Below, piece after piece: positions 19,261-51,365 of a DNA stretch of 64,000 nt. This DNA is from the human T2T-CHM13v2.0 reference genome, Homo sapiens. The translations under genes and the position numbers were made by a program. Each line of letters starts with the position of its first letter. The first letter of the stretch is position 1. Where the stretch lies: NCBI RefSeq assembly GCF_009914755.1, contig NC_060947.1; one strand, written 5' to 3'. The notes under the pieces were generated by a model. That model was not told the DNA's origin, made no database searches, and was given only the letters and a program-made list of their open reading frames with translations.

Positions 19261-21989
19261 ATTTTTCAATCTCCCGGGAGTCATCTGGTGGCGCAGCTAA
19301 AGGGCAGGGCATTCTTTTCGAATGCCCCTCAAGCTAGGAGGCTGTGTGGGAAATATCTGACTAATGCTTTCAGCCCTCCAGCCTCGGCCCTATCACTGAG
19401 TTATCCCTTCTCCACTACCTATTTTTCTTTTCCTGCTGTAGGCCTCAGAAATCTCAGTCTTTTTCAGCTCTTTAAAACAGCACAATCAATACATTTAACT
19501 CAGGTTTCCAAAGTCCAAATAAAGTGTAATGGTTTATCTTTGACTTTGTAAGGGGGGGGTGAGTATAATGATGGGAGGCCTTGTAGCCCTATCTCTTGCC
19601 TCTGTCCCTTCCTTATTAATTTCCATATTGCCAGAATATGTAAGGAAACCGGACCATGCCCTTAATACATTCAAACTCCCATCTTTCCGTTTTGACAACG
19701 GAGGGAGATGCTGAGGAAACAATAGGGCTATGAGGTCCAGCCACTAGAACGGTGGAGATCTTCCTTCCTGGCCGATTTGAAAGAGCAAGGTGTGGTTTCT
19801 CCAAATAGCTTCACCATTCTACCTTAAGAGTCTCTGAAGTCTCAATTAGCTGAAAAATGGATGGGGTCTCCCACGCTCCTTTCCTCACTGTCCCTGAAGA
19901 TAGTCCCTTTTCCCTGTTGATTGGTTGACTAGTGTAGGAAAAACAGAGGAAGAGTAGCTGAACAACCAGTAAGGGGCAATTTCAAAGTTTCAAAGGTTAC
20001 CAGTTTATCCCAAGTCTTTGTAGGTCCTGACTCCCATGAGATGGCAACTAGAAACTTGTGGCCACCGTTTCTGTTTCTCAGTGTCACCCTATTCCCACCA
20101 CTGCCACACACATCACCTTCATGAAAAGGCATCTAGCTCAGTTGTGACCTGCTCCTCTTCCCTTGTCTCTGAGCCTGATGATGTAGGTAATGAATAAAGA
20201 ACAACACTTGGAAATGTTAGCCCTTCAATCTGCTTAGATGTTAATTCTTTTGAGCAGTACCTCTTTGATAGTTGAATACTTGTTAAAAAAAAAAAAAGCT
20301 ATTGAGTAGAGTGACTTTTATGACCTTTAGAAATTTGAAAATCAAACAAGTCGGCTCCCCATCCAAATACAGGTCCTTCTCAATTTAGACCTTTTATTGA
20401 CATATGTGCTCTTCTGTTTGGGACAATCTGGTCTGTAACTCAGCACAAATGCCACTGTAGGCAGAAAGGGGAGCGGGCAATTCTAGCTAATCACCAAGGT
20501 ATGACAGGGAACATTCCCTTCCTACCCACTGGTTTCCACTGACTCTCAAGTGACATTTGCAATGTTCCTACTCATCAAACAGAAATTTTGATTTATATTA
20601 ACTATTTGTAGTTTGGTTTTACATTGTTCCAGGAAATCATCCTTCCAATAATCTAATTCATTTTTTTCTAGAGGCTCCGGTGCCAATAAATTACAAAAAA
20701 TTTAACTGGAATCATTTTTAAACCCCAAAATCCCACAGGAGTGGGGGTAGGAGGTTAGTTTCATGGCCCTACTATCTGTTGGTCTCTTTCCTACCACACA
20801 GGATGGTAACTCCTTCAGTCAACAAGATGGAGCTGAAATGAACCTCAAAGTTTGTAGTTAGCTGACCACTGCAACCATGGGTAGAGTTGTGACTGTTTCT
20901 GGAACTTAATTTCTGACCCGGTGCCCTCTTTTTAACCAGGTTATTGGGGCGGGGAGGTAAACAATGTCCATCATTCTTGATGTTCATTTCCCTTAACCCA
21001 AGTGATACCACAGTTTGGGGATCTTAGGTAATGTCCAGGCATGGGTGTAAGTGGGAGTGGAGTAAGGATATCTGCTTCTAGTTATTTAGATCCTGGCAGT
21101 TTGTGCTGAGCCCTCTGCCCACATGGGTCCTTTCCAGTGCTGTGGTCCTCTCCAATGTCTCTGCGACATGGGGCACAGAATTTTTCCCGAAGTCCCAATA
21201 GATATTGGGCCATCTACCTAGACATTCCACACAGCTCTTCCTCTCTTGAGTCTTCCCCATCAGCTAGGTGTTGCTCCTGGGAAGCTGAGGCTAATCAATG
21301 CTGCTTGAGCTCCCACAGAGATCTCTCTCTGCTCTTGTTGTCTCTTTCTCGCAAGGAGAGGGGAGTGAGGAAGAGAAGAATCATTTTTTAGGTTTGTGCA
21401 ACTCTTTCTTCTAGTTTTCTGGCCCAGATACTTGGTCTCTGCCCCTACACCCTAATACCCCTTGCTTAAGGACTTATGTTTTGGAAACACAGAAACCAGA
21501 AAGAGTGGCAGAGTATTTGTTTTACTGCCTTGCCACCTCCCTCCCCTGAGGTACACCACAAAGCTATGTTATTTTGGGGGCAGAGACAGGTAGAGAAAAA
21601 GAAAAATACAGGAAAGAAAAAAAATATATTATATTCTGTAGATAATACTGAGCCACATTCTCCTTCTATTAAATCTTAGCATCCCAGCAAGGGAAAGTGT
21701 ACTTCTCATCCAGGTGCCTCTGTTCAAGGCAGTAACTCCCAGGGCTTGGATGTCTGGGTGATCTTTTCTCCAGCCAAGTCTTTCCACTAGGGGAATTTCT
21801 CACCAGGATCATCTAAGGGTTATTAATGTCCTCCCAGAAGGTTCTCTTTCCTCCCAGCACAAGTTGAGTATTCCTTGAGTAAGGGCATACTCAGAAGTGA
21901 ACAGCTATCTTTGGCTTAGCGACTGACTTAGAAACACTCCACGTTTCAGGCTGGATAATGCAATTTCTCCAGCCTTGCTATTGGTCTAG

Positions 21990-22332
<343 letters not shown>

Positions 22333-22809
22333 TCAGGGAGCAATCTTAAGGTAAATGTCTGTGCCTTGACAACTGACTCTCAGAATGCCTACAAATGACT
22401 AAGCCCACATCACTTCTCTAAAACTTGCAAAGTGTCCAAGATCTTAACTCCTCTGCAAAATTCCCATGTGGCCAGACTACAGAGCCTGAGTTGGGGTTGC
22501 TGTAACAGCCCCTCCCTCTCCAGAATAAGATCAGTTCTTTAAGAAATGTACAGTCTGACATAGTATATTCTTTTGAGAATCAGAAACTTCAGTCTGCTGG
22601 GCTAACTAACCAGGCTTCATTTGCTGACCTGCCTTTCCTTCCTCTCCCTCCATTCCTTCCATGGACTCTCTGGATCTATTCCAATAGTCTGTAGTAGTCT
22701 TTCAAAACAGTCTTGTCACAAATCCTTCATGTAGCAGGTATGAATTGTAGTCTCCCTACTAAGGTGTATAATAATAATAGTAATAACAACAATAATAATA
22801 ATGTCGGCT

Positions 22810-23010
22810 AATAATCCAATAGCATTTACTATGCGCTTTATACAAGCCCATTGAATCCTATGAGGTAAGTGCCATTATTAACACCAGTTTTTAAATTAGT
22901 AAACCAAGGCACAAAGAAGTTAAATAACTTGCTCATAGTAACACAGCAAGTAAGTTTCAGAGCTAGAATTTGAACCCAGTTAGTTTAGTAAAGAGTCCAT
23001 GCTCTTAAAC
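22810..23010 (-). mobile_element. MIR
   Basis: cctatgaggtaagt...aaaccaaggcacaaagaagttaaataacttgc...gaatttgaacccag. Confidence 0.8.
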
Positions 23011-23801
23011 ATTTTTTGTTGCATCTGTCTTTATTGTCTATGATTCCATTTAACTTTGGACTCCAATATCCCCTATTCCTTGGGGTTGGAAAATAACCTA
23101 TATTATTCTTGATGTTCCTCCATCTCAGGTTCAAGCCGCAGTGCTAAGACCTGGGAACAGAGGTCCATTAAATCCTTAATCATAGCCAGGCACAGTGGCT
23201 CAAGCCTGTCATCTCAGCACTTTGAGAGGCTGAGGCAGGAGGATTGCTTGAGCTCAGGAGTTCAAGACCAGTCTGGGCAATGAAAAAAAAATTTTAGCTA
23301 TGTGGCCACACAGGTTAGCAGTCAGAGGTCCATTGCCTCTTCCCACAGTGTTCCTTTATGGTCTAGCAGGCCCTTGTTACACTGGGTCCCTCCCAGTGAC
23401 TTGGGAATTTTTGTTAAAGTTGCCTAGAACAGCCTCTGTTCTCTCACGTTTTGCTGTCTACCCAGGGATGGTGCCAGGAAGCAGAACACAGGTCCTTTCT
23501 ACCTGGAACCCAAGGATCTCCCTGATAGCATTATATTATCCTCAGACCTAGGGGGTAGGAGGGACTAGAATCTCTGTTTAGGGTGGATAAAATCATTCTC
23601 CCTTTATATTTTCTGGCCAAGACAATTTGACTACACCCTGACCCTCTTCCACTAAGGACTTCGGCTTTTGAAACACAAAAACAAAGAGATGGGCAAGTAA
23701 AATCTGCTCTTAGTCTCTTGCCACATCCCTTCCCCTAAAACAATAAAACCTGGGTCGGGGTGGGGGAAGAGGGTGAGGAAGACAGAGAAATTAAAAGCAA
23801 T

Positions 23802-24478
<677 letters not shown>

Positions 24479-24597
24479 TCCAGATGAATGTCCATTTCCC
24501 TACATGCATCCATTGCTGCTAGGAGTATGAATCACTATTATCTTTTTTTGTTGTTTGCAAAGTAATCTGGAAGAATCTAATAAAATTTAAAATCTAT

Positions 24598-24760
24598 GGT
24601 ATTAGTTCAGAATGGTTTGGGCTGCAAGCAACAGAAAATCTGACTAATAGTAGCTTAAACAAATAGAGTTTTGTTTTCTTTCTCACATAACAAGAAATCT
24701 AGAGGGACGCAGATGCTAATATTGGATCAGCTGCTCAACAAGTTCATTAAGAACCTAGGC
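24598..24760. mobile_element. MLT1 (MaLR LTR) fragment; apparently resumes near 30860-31030
   Basis: ggctgcaagcaacagaaaatctgactaatagtagcttaaacaaa; later caagatgggctgctg...cattcaaaggcag. Confidence 0.55.
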
Positions 24761-24765
24761 TTCAC

Positions 24766-26510
<1,745 letters not shown>

Positions 26511-26527
26511 AAGAACCTAGGCTTCAC

Positions 26528-27060
26528 CTCATACCTGTTAGAATGGCTATAATCAAAAAAATGAAAGATAACAAGTGTTGGGGAGGATGTGGAGAAAAGG
26601 AAACCCTTGCACACTGTTAGTGGAAATGTACACTAGTACAGACATTATGGAAAATGGTAGGGAGGTTTCTCAAAAAATTAAAAATAGGGCCAAGCACGGT
26701 GGCTCATGCCTGTAATTCTAGCACTTAGGGAGGCCAAAGCAGGAGGACTGCTTGAGCCCAGGAGTACAAGACCAGCCTGGGCAACATAGCAAGACCCAAT
26801 CTCTTATAGAGGAAAAAAAATGTTTAAAAAATTAAAAGCAGGATTATCATATGATTCTGTAATCCCACTACCGGGTATATATCCAAAGAAAATGGATATC
26901 AGTGTATCAAAGAGATATCTGCATTCCCGTGTTCATTGCAGCATTATTTACAACAGTCAAGACATGGAATCAACCTAAGTGCCCATCAATGGATGAGTGG
27001 ATAAAGAAAGTGTGGTATATACACAGTAGAATAGTATTCTTCCTTAAAAAAAAGGAAATC
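26528..27060 (+). mobile_element. Older L1MA fragment with an Alu monomer (26688-26820)
   Basis: ctcatacctgttagaatggct...caacctaagtgcccatcaatggatgagtggataaag. Confidence 0.8.
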
Positions 27061-27134
27061 CAGCCTGGCGTGGTGGCTCACGCCTGTAATCCCAGGACTT
27101 TGGGAGGCTGAGGAGGGAGGATGCCAGCTGCTCA

Positions 27135-27236
<102 letters not shown>

Positions 27237-27254
27237 TCAAAAAGTAAAAAAAAA

Positions 27255-30625
<3,371 letters not shown>

Positions 30626-30644
30626 AGACACCGTGGATATTTTA

Positions 30645-30795
30645 GGCTTCAAGATTTATAAGTGATACAGATGAAGAGATGCATAGGGTGAGGTATCAGA
30701 AGGGGCCCAGAACTTCCATGCCCTCTCCAGGGGTGCCACCTTCCATGAAACTCCAAGTGCTGAAGCTATCTGGAAGCTCTCTGAATCTAGTCCGG
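30645..30795. mobile_element. MER21-like LTR fragment
   Basis: gatacagatgaagagatgcatagggtgaggtat...cttccatgccctc...gctatctggaagctctctgaa. Confidence 0.7.
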
Positions 30796-31026
30796 CATGT
30801 TGCCTTTTTGTCCCTAGGCTTTTTACTTTTTATTTTTTAAAGTCCTTTTCAGGGCACTTGTCCCTAGGCTTTTTGCTTCATGCTTGCAAGATGGGCTGCT
30901 GAATCTGGATATCATAATCGCATTCAAAGGCAGTAAAGGGGGTGAAGGTATGGCAGTGGCCAGGGAAGCAAGAGAGATGCCACTTTCCTTTTTTCAGGGA
31001 AAGCCCTTTTTTCCAGATATCCCTCA

Positions 31027-36105
<5,079 letters not shown>

Positions 36106-36676
36106 GGGGGGAATCTTAATGGAGCTCCCTAAGTTGAGGAGATGGAGCTAAGGATTCAGAGAAGCCACAATTGCTAGAATTCATAAAGTAGAATACCAAA
36201 GAAGGAAGAGCTGCATGGAAAGTAGAGAGCTGAACAAAGGAAGAACTCCAAAGACCTGCATGGAGTCTACAGCAGTGTACTGATCAGCACATGTGTGTGA
36301 GGATCTTATCCAAAGCAGAGGAAAAAGATCCCTGAAAAAAAAATTCATAAAAATTATTGGGGGTGATGCAGAGCTGGGATAATTATTATTTCCAAGAGTC
36401 AGAGTAGAGAAACCTTGTAATAACATGGGGCATCAGGAAAAGTACTTGGAGGAGGTATTGCTTCAGTAGTACGGCAAAATTAGTCCTAAAGACTACTCTG
36501 GTCCCATCTACAATGCTTGAAAACAAGGCTCAAATGGATAAATTGTTTTAAAGTAACTTAATGGTGTCCAAAAACAAGCTCAAAATAATTTAAAGGAATA
36601 AAAATAAATAAAAGCCAGAACCCAACATGGTAAAATTCATAATGTCTGGTGTCCAGTAAAAAATTATCAGGTCTGG

Positions 36677-37071
<395 letters not shown>

Positions 37072-37079
37072 TTATCAGG

Positions 37080-37152
37080 TCTGGGTTGGGGTTTTATATA
37101 TGTAGCAGAGCAGCTCTCTTGTTGTGAGCTATTGAAAGCCCTTGACACATTT
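37080..37152 (+). pseudogene. Retroposed 3' end of 28S (LSU) rRNA
   Basis: tctgggttggggttt..gtagcagagcagctctcttgttgtgagctattgaaag..cccttgacaca matches the 28S 3' terminus (GTAGCAGAGCAGCTCCCTCGCTGCGATCTATTGAAAG..CCCTCGACACA); A-rich tail and TSD. Confidence 0.8.
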
Positions 37153-37377
37153 AAAATATAATAATTAAATAAAAATTATCAGGCAGCTTGGTGTGGTAGT
37201 GCATACCTATAATCTCAGCTACTCAGGAGGCTGAGATGGGAGGATTGCTTGAGCCAGGAATTCAAGACCAGCCTGGGCAACAGAATGAAACCCTGTCTCA
37301 AAAAACAAAAAAATGGCCGGGCACAGTGGCTCATCCCTGTAATCCCAGCAGTTTGGGAGGCCTAGGCAGGTGGATCA

Positions 37378-37596
<219 letters not shown>

Positions 37597-37817
37597 TCAA
37601 AAAAAAAAAAAAAATTATCAGGCATGCACAATAGCAGGAAAATGCAACCAATACTGAGAAGAAAAACCAATCAATATAAACAGACCAAGAAATGACACCT
37701 TAAAAACAATATTAAATAGCTATTATAAATATATTTTATATGGTGAAAAAAGTAGGCCGGGCACGGTGGCTCACGCCTGTAATCCCAGCACTTTGGAAGG
37801 CCGAGGTGGGCAGATCA

Positions 37818-38306
<489 letters not shown>

Positions 38307-38756
38307 TAGCCAGGCTGGTCTCAAACCCCTAATGTCAGGTGATCCGCCCACCTCAGCCTCCCAAAGTTCTGGGATTACAGTTGTGAGCCACCATGCCTGG
38401 CCGAAGAGTGAGCATGTTAAAGGAGAAACATGTAATATATTTTTTAAAGACCCAAATTGAACTTCTAGAGATGAAAAATTGTCTGAGATGAAAAATAAAC
38501 TGAGGAAATTAACAGAAAATTATATGTTGCAGTAAAAAATATTAGTGAACTTGAAGACCTAGTAATAGAAACTATTGAAAGTGAAACACTGGAAAAGTGA
38601 AGAAAGGCTGAAAAAAATAAACAGAGCATCAGTGAGCTGTGAGACAACTTCATGGGGCCTAATATACATGTCATTAGGGTCCCAGAAATGTAGAAGGGAT
38701 CATAAAATTATTTAAAGAACTAATGGCTGAAATTTTTTCAAATTTGTTGAAAATTT

Positions 38757-38875
38757 TGCCTTGCTAAGTAAAAATTGCCTTGCTAAGAAAATTAAATTTA
38801 TGTTCAATTGCTATTTCTTTGCAGCACCAGGGAACAAGCATTCTGTTTCTAAATAAACATTTTACATATAACAGC
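38757..38875 (+). mobile_element. ERV LTR 3'-end fragment (LTR6-like, tentative) inside L1
   Basis: aattgccttgctaagaaaattaaatttatgttc...aataaacattttacatataaca. Confidence 0.45.
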
Positions 38876-39253
38876 ATGGCATAATCAAATTGCTTAAAAT
38901 CAATGATAAAGAGAAAAAATTGAAAGCAGTTTGTGAAAAAAGACACTTTCTGTATAGAAGAACAATAAGGATGATAGCAGACTTCTTGTTGGAAACAATA
39001 ATATAACCTATTGGTTACAGAAGCTCCCTTCACAAGTAAGCCTTACACTTGAAAGCATTCTACTTTCAAGAATTGTTATTTTGCCAGCCGCGGTGGCTCA
39101 GGCCTGTAATCCCAGCATTTCGGGAGGGCAGAGGTGGGCTGATCACCTGAGGTCGGGAGTTCCAGACCAGCCTGGCTAACATGATGAAACCCTGTCTCTA
39201 GTAAAAATACAAAATTAGCTGGGCGTGGTGGCATGCGCCTGTAATCCCAGCTA

Positions 39254-39703
<450 letters not shown>

Positions 39704-40187
39704 TAGCCAGGACGGTCTCGATCTCCTGGCCTGGTGATCTGCCCGCCTTGGCCTCCCAAAGTGCTGGGATTACAGGCGTGAGCCACGGCGGCCGGCTCTT
39801 CCTTAAACTTATTAATTTTTTAACTTGATATGGGAACCTAGGATAGAGGGTTAGCCCAAGTCCCAATGCTTGAACTCACAGGAACTCAGAAAAAGATCTG
39901 TGGTTTTGTAATGTTCAACAGATTTTGAAAATTTTTGGCCGGTAGTTCTTCAAACATTTTTGGTTTTAATGTTGAGAAGAGGGACTTGTTGATAAGTACT
40001 CTCAAAGGATTGAGCAGGGACTCTTCATGCTGACTTTGAGGTGTCTTTTTCACTCTCTTGACAAAGTTGTCCAAATGAAATTAAACAGCAGCCGGCCAGG
40101 GGCGGTGGCTCATGCCTGTAATCCTAGCACTTTGGGAAGCCCAGGCGGGCGGATCACGAGGTCAGGAGATCAAGACCATCCTGGCTA

Positions 40188-41405
<1,218 letters not shown>

Positions 41406-41409
41406 CAAA

Positions 41410-41603
41410 AAAACAACCAATCAGAGGTACTTTCAATTTCCCATCTGCTGCTCAGAACAGGTGAAGGTTTGCAAAGGGAGTAGCCTCTGGTCCTTTTGTT
41501 ACTTAGGCTTCGAAAGTTAGGGTTTTCCTTTCAATTTAGTCCTAGGAAGTCGGCTTGAAACGGCCTTAGGTTCCCTGCCTTCAGACCCTATTTTCCTGCC
41601 TCA
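41410..41603 (-). mobile_element. MER51-like LTR 5' fragment
   Basis: Reverse complement begins TGAGGCAGGAAAATAGGGTCTGAAGGCAGGGAACCTAAGGCC. Confidence 0.75.
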
Positions 41604-41802
41604 GTAGGAACTGGAGAATTGGCCGACAGACAGTAGCTTGAAATGTTTGTCACCTGATGTATTTAAGTCCAAATTCAGCACAGGGAAGAATGTTTGGGTA
41701 TGTTAATGTGTAATGTATGATTGCATAGATTTTATAGAAGTTATATGGATACAAGCTGAAAACTTGTGACATCAAATAACTCTAATACAAAGTAGAATAT
41801 CA

Positions 41803-42597
<795 letters not shown>

Positions 42598-42703
42598 TTA
42601 ATGTAAAGAGAACTACATAAATAAATTAAAAATAAATCCTTGCCGGGCGTGGTGGCTCATGCTTGTAATCCCAGCACTTTGAGAGGCTGAGGCGGGCAGA
42701 TTA

Positions 42704-43051
<348 letters not shown>

Positions 43052-43102
43052 TCAGGAGATCGAGACCATCCTGGCTAACATGGTGAAACCCTGTCTCTAC
43101 TA

Positions 43103-43437
<335 letters not shown>

Positions 43438-43472
43438 TTACTTGGGTCAGTAGGAAGAGTTTAACTTGGTTA

Positions 43473-43613
<141 letters not shown>

Positions 43614-44027
43614 TTATTCTCATCTGCTTTCAAAATGGAGGTCTTGTGATAGGGTTTGAGGACACATAATTGAACCACTTTCTTGGCAGTAGAGCTTTAT
43701 CAGGTAATAACTGAGAGGTAAAAAGCTGTTGCTATGGGGATGTCTATTTTGGCATATCTCTATTTTCCTTTTTTTTTCATGTCATTGAATGAAGCTCATT
43801 GGCATATCTCTATTGGCAATCTTGGCCTTCCCCTTGCTTGGACATCGTTCCCTAACTTGTTGGATTGTGCCTTTCCTCCTGTGCAGGTGGAGGAGTAGAA
43901 ATGTCCACCCCTAGACCATCATTCTTCTCTGAGCAGACTAAGTGGGAACTTCAATGGAGTCCAAAAGATTGGAAGCCTGGAATTGAGGAGTGAGAGTAAG
44001 GCATGTTCTGCTCTAAGCCCTCTAAGC

Positions 44028-44268
44028 CAAGCTTTCTCAACCTCAATACTATTGATATTTTTGTTGTGGGGCTTCCCTGTGCATTATAGGGTGTTTAGCA
44101 GCATCTCTGGCCTCTACCAAGTAGATGCCAATAGCACCCCCTGCAACACACATACACACACACACACACACACAGAGTTGTGACAACAGAAAATGCCTCC
44201 AAGCATTGCCAAATGTCCTCTGGGCATAGGAGGAAGGGGACAAAATCCCTCCTGGTTGAGAACCACTA
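44028..44268 (-). mobile_element. MER20 (hAT-Charlie DNA transposon) with internal (CA)n
   Basis: TIR-like ends; 8-bp TSD ctctaagc at 44020-44027 and 44269-44276. Confidence 0.85.
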
Positions 44269-44343
44269 CTCTAAGCCTTATGAAAAGGAGCTCTGTTCTT
44301 TGGGTTTGGTTTTCTATGCCTCCTACCACCGTAGTCTGGGTAG

Positions 44344-44679
<336 letters not shown>

Positions 44680-45425
44680 TGACCCGCCTGGCTCAGCCTC
44701 CCAAAGTGCTGGGATTACATGCGTGAGCCACCGCACCCTGCTGGCCAGTCTCTAGTTTAGACCTTGAGCTGGAAAGATTCATTCTTTTTAGACTCCCTGT
44801 GGTGCATATATGCTCTAGCTCCTCTTCCTGGGTTAAGATTTGAAGAACTTCCTGATCTTGCATTGCAATGTTTTTCCTCAACATAACTAATATTTACTGT
44901 TGCTCAACAGCCTGTTATATGCACACATAATATGGTGATGCCAATACCTCTGCTTACTATCTGAAATATGATAGTGAATGTCTCTCAATATTTTATGGAG
45001 GTTTGGAGGCTGGGCAGAGATCATGGAAAGGGGCCTAATGATCTCTTTTGTGCTTAGGGAGATATCTGCCAGTTTGTGGATGTTGCTATCTGACACTTCT
45101 CAGGCTGGGGAAAACCAAGGCAACCCTCAGCTTTATCTCAGCAAGAGCTAGGCCTCTCCCCTTCCTAAGAACTTCCCAAGGCCAAACAAAACAGCAGTGG
45201 TGGAAGATAGCCCACACCATAGCAACAGAATTAGGAATTTAGGCCACCATCAGGCAACCAGATGAGAGATAAGATGCCTGGATACATTTGGAGCTTTAAT
45301 TTTTTTTTTTTTTTTTGAGACAGAGTCTCACTCTGTCACCCAGCCTGGAGTGCAGTGGTGCCATCTCAGCTCACTGCAACCTCTGCCTCCCAAGTTCAAG
45401 CAATTCTCGTGCCTCAGCCTCCTGA

Positions 45426-45605
<180 letters not shown>

Positions 45606-46622
45606 TAATTTTTTCTTGGGAAGAAAAGATTAACTTGCTCATGGAAAAGATGATATTATTAAATGTTATTGGTTATTGATTGTGATAAGTCATTGTAGTT
45701 AACTTGATACACATTGTGAAATCCAGTATGTAGAGCTGGGTTAGATAGCAGGTCCATTGTTTTCAATTGCCCTCCCCTATATTCACTTCTCACAGAGCCT
45801 TCGCATAGCCCCACTGAGTGGGTAATGGGCCTTCGTTACCTCATTCCCAGGCTACAGCTGAATGGACCAGGGTAGACACCTAACCTAAGCTGAGGAAATC
45901 TTCTCTTCCCTAAGAATTTGGAAGAGGACTCAGACACTCCAGTTAGCTAGCTACAGGTGCAGAGCTGATAAGGATATAAAGTTGGAGTTTGGGGGACCAT
46001 GTTTGGGCCACATGAACTGAATCAGCTAATGAGAAACCAAGTTTTCATCCAGTCTGTTTAATGTCTGTCTTCCCTACAAGATTATAAGTTCAAAGAGCAC
46101 AGGAACCATGTCTCTTGCACACCACCATAGTTCTAGAGTCTGGTACAATGCCTGATGCATATAGGCACTCAATAATATTCATTGAGTGAAATTTTGACCA
46201 GTGTCACCACTTAAGAATATAAATAATGGCTATTTGTCTCCTTTTTCCTATTAATTGTTTAAGCATGCATTGGCTTTTATTAATAGGAAGTTATTTTCCT
46301 TTTGAGGCCTCTATTCCTCTTAACTTGGTAAAGAACTGTAGGTACTTATTCATTCCAGGGCGATGAGTCTTATTTATAAGCTCCATACAGAGTTTATAAA
46401 GTCTAGTGAGGAAGTCCAGTCATTCCACTAGCACTGCTGCTTTTCCTGTGGGTCCTGCACAGTACAAGGGTTTAGAATACCAAGGTTACAGCTCTTTAAG
46501 TTAATTCTTCATGCTCAGCTGTTGTTGATCCTCAAAATACACCACTGTACCTGCCAGGTTCAGTCCTGGTGCTTTAAACAGAAACATCCCAACCCCCAAG
46601 AGCCCTTAGGCTCTAGTGTTGA

Positions 46623-47400
<778 letters not shown>

Positions 47401-47999
47401 TGAGCGACTGCACTCGGCCTAAGGTAATTTCTTCTTTGAGACCACTAGTGTCTTTTACTGCCACCCCAACAGATTTTCAAAACTTTAGATCTACGGAAGA
47501 AGAGATTGGATTCTTGGCCCCTTCCTTCTCAGAAATCCCCTTGCTTTCTTATGCAAATTCATCTACTCTCTCCCCAAGACTCTCCAGAACTCTGAAAATT
47601 GCTATACCTGTAATCTCGACTACTCAGGAGGCTGAGGTGGGAGGATTGCTTGAACCCAGGAGGCAGAGGTTGCAGTGAGCCAACATCACGCCACTGCACT
47701 CTAGCCTGGGCGACAGAGCGAGACTCTGTCTCAAAAATAAAAATAAAACAAAAGAAAAAATCATTGTTATTCCTTGCCTAAGAGTGCCTTCTTGCCTTCA
47801 ATTTACATAACTAAGAGAACTAGCCAAATGATTTTTCTTTTCTTTTTTTTTTCTTTTTTCTTTCTTTCTTTCTTTTTTTTTTTTTTTTTTTGAGACATAC
47901 CTCTTTCAGGAATCTGCAGAGGTTATAAGCCAAGGATTTGGGTCATCTCATCTATCCCCTGAATTACCTAACAACGTGTAAGGGCAAGAGAGAGGAGTA

Positions 48000-48136
48000 T
48001 CCAGTTTGACCTCATCTTAACTTGATTACATCCACAAAGGCCCTGTATCCAAATAAGGTCACATTCACAGGTATAGGCAGAGAGGGGGTTAGGATTCCAA
48101 CTTATCTTTTTGCAGCATACAATTCAACTCACAACA
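48000..48136 (-). mobile_element. MLT1A/B-like LTR fragment
   Basis: gacctcatcttaacttgattacat...ccaaataaggtcacattcacaggt...caattcaactcacaaca. Confidence 0.75.
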
Positions 48137-48300
48137 GAGGCCAACACTCACTAAACACCAGCATGTTGTCAAGGGTTATATCTCTTGCTGCTTTCAATGT
48201 TTGAGGTGCTAGAATTATGCTGTCTTCTGTATAGAAGTTCCACCTCCTCCACTTTTGTCCCCCTGTGCCTTATAGGGTCCCTTGTAAAACCAGCTCCTCA

Positions 48301-48655
<355 letters not shown>

Positions 48656-48743
48656 TTAGACTCCTTATATTGAAAGTTGGGGCCGGGCTCAGTGGCTCAC
48701 GCCTGTAATCCCAGCACTTTGGGACGCCAAGGTGGGCGGATCA

Positions 48744-48992
<249 letters not shown>

Positions 48993-49222
48993 TTAAGTGG
49001 TGATTCAGTGAACTTTAACAAATGCATGTATCTGAATTTACCAAACCCCTATAAAGACACAGAACATTACCATCAACCCAGAAAGTTATTTCACACCTCT
49101 TCTCCATCATCCACCCCTAGCCAGGCATGGTGGCTCATGCCTGTAATCCCAGCACTTTGGGAGGCGAGGTGGGAGGATTGTTTGAGCCCAGGAGTTAGAG
49201 GCCAAGCTGGGCAACATAGTGA

Positions 49223-49651
<429 letters not shown>

Positions 49652-49927
49652 TGAGGTGTTTATGCCACTGCACTACAACCTGAGTGACAGAGCAAGATTC
49701 TGTATCAAAAGAAGAAAAATTATCCAGCCTCTGCCTCCAGGCCCCAGACACTGTGGGCAACCACTGTTCTGATTTTTTTTCCACAAGAAATTAGCAGTTT
49801 TGTCTGTTACAGAACTTCATGTAAATTGAATCATATACTATGTATTATTTAATTAGTGTAAAACTTCTTGCACTCGGTCTTTTTTTTTTTTTTTGAGACA
49901 GGGTCTTGCTCTGTCACTCAGAAGTGA

Positions 49928-50209
<282 letters not shown>

Positions 50210-50314
50210 TGAATAGTATTCTGTTATATGAATATACCATAGTTTGTTTATCTATTTTCGCATTGATGGACATCTAAGCTGTTTCCAGTTTGGGGCTGTT
50301 ATGAATAAAGCTGT

Positions 50315-50570
50315 GTGGTAGGCAACCTTCAAAGTGGCCCCAAATGATTCCTGCCCCCTGGTATGTATGGCCTTGTAGATCCACCCCTTCATGCCTTCAG
50401 ATCAGCCCATAATCCCAGACGATGCCTTAATTGCAGCCCCGAGACACCCTGAAGCACAAGTATTCACGTTCAGTATGTCTGGATCCACAGAAACTGTGAG
50501 ATAATAAATATTTGTTGTTTTAAGCTGCTAAGTTTTGGGGTAATTTGTTATGCAGCAGTGGATAATACAA
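50315..50570 (+). mobile_element. MLT1E-like LTR
   Basis: tgtggtaggc...ccacagaaactgtgagataataaat...ttaagctgctaagttttggggtaatttgttatgcagca. Confidence 0.75.
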
Positions 50571-50899
50571 CAGCTATGAACATTCTTGTAAAAGTCTTTT
50601 TCTGGACATGTGTTTTAATTTATCTTGCTATGAATCTAATTTTACTAGGCATTGCTGAATTAATCTCCAAAATGGTTGTGCCAATTTATACTCCCACCAT
50701 TAACATCTGAGTTCCCTTTTCTTCACTTTCTCACAAATACTTGGTATTACCAGAGTTACTTAATTTTTTTTAAATTTTATTAATTTTGACCAGGCTTAGT
50801 GGATCACGTCTGTAATCCCAGCACTTTGGGAGGCCAAGGCGGGTGGATCACCTGAGGCCAGGAGTCCAGCCTAGCCAACACAGGGAAACCCTGTCTCTA

Positions 50900-51082
<183 letters not shown>

Positions 51083-51203
51083 TTATGCCAGGCACGGTGG
51101 CTCATGCCTGTAATCCCAGCACTTTGGGAGGCCGAGGCGGGTAGATCACCTGAGGTCGGGAGTTCAAGACCAGCCTGACCAACATGGAGAAACCCCGTCT
51201 CTA

Positions 51204-51365
<162 letters not shown>

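Noticed and set aside
43749-43814. 16-bp direct repeat ttggcatatctctatt around a T-rich spacer
   Set aside because: Might be another tiny TSD-flanked insertion, but the body is too short and featureless to interpret
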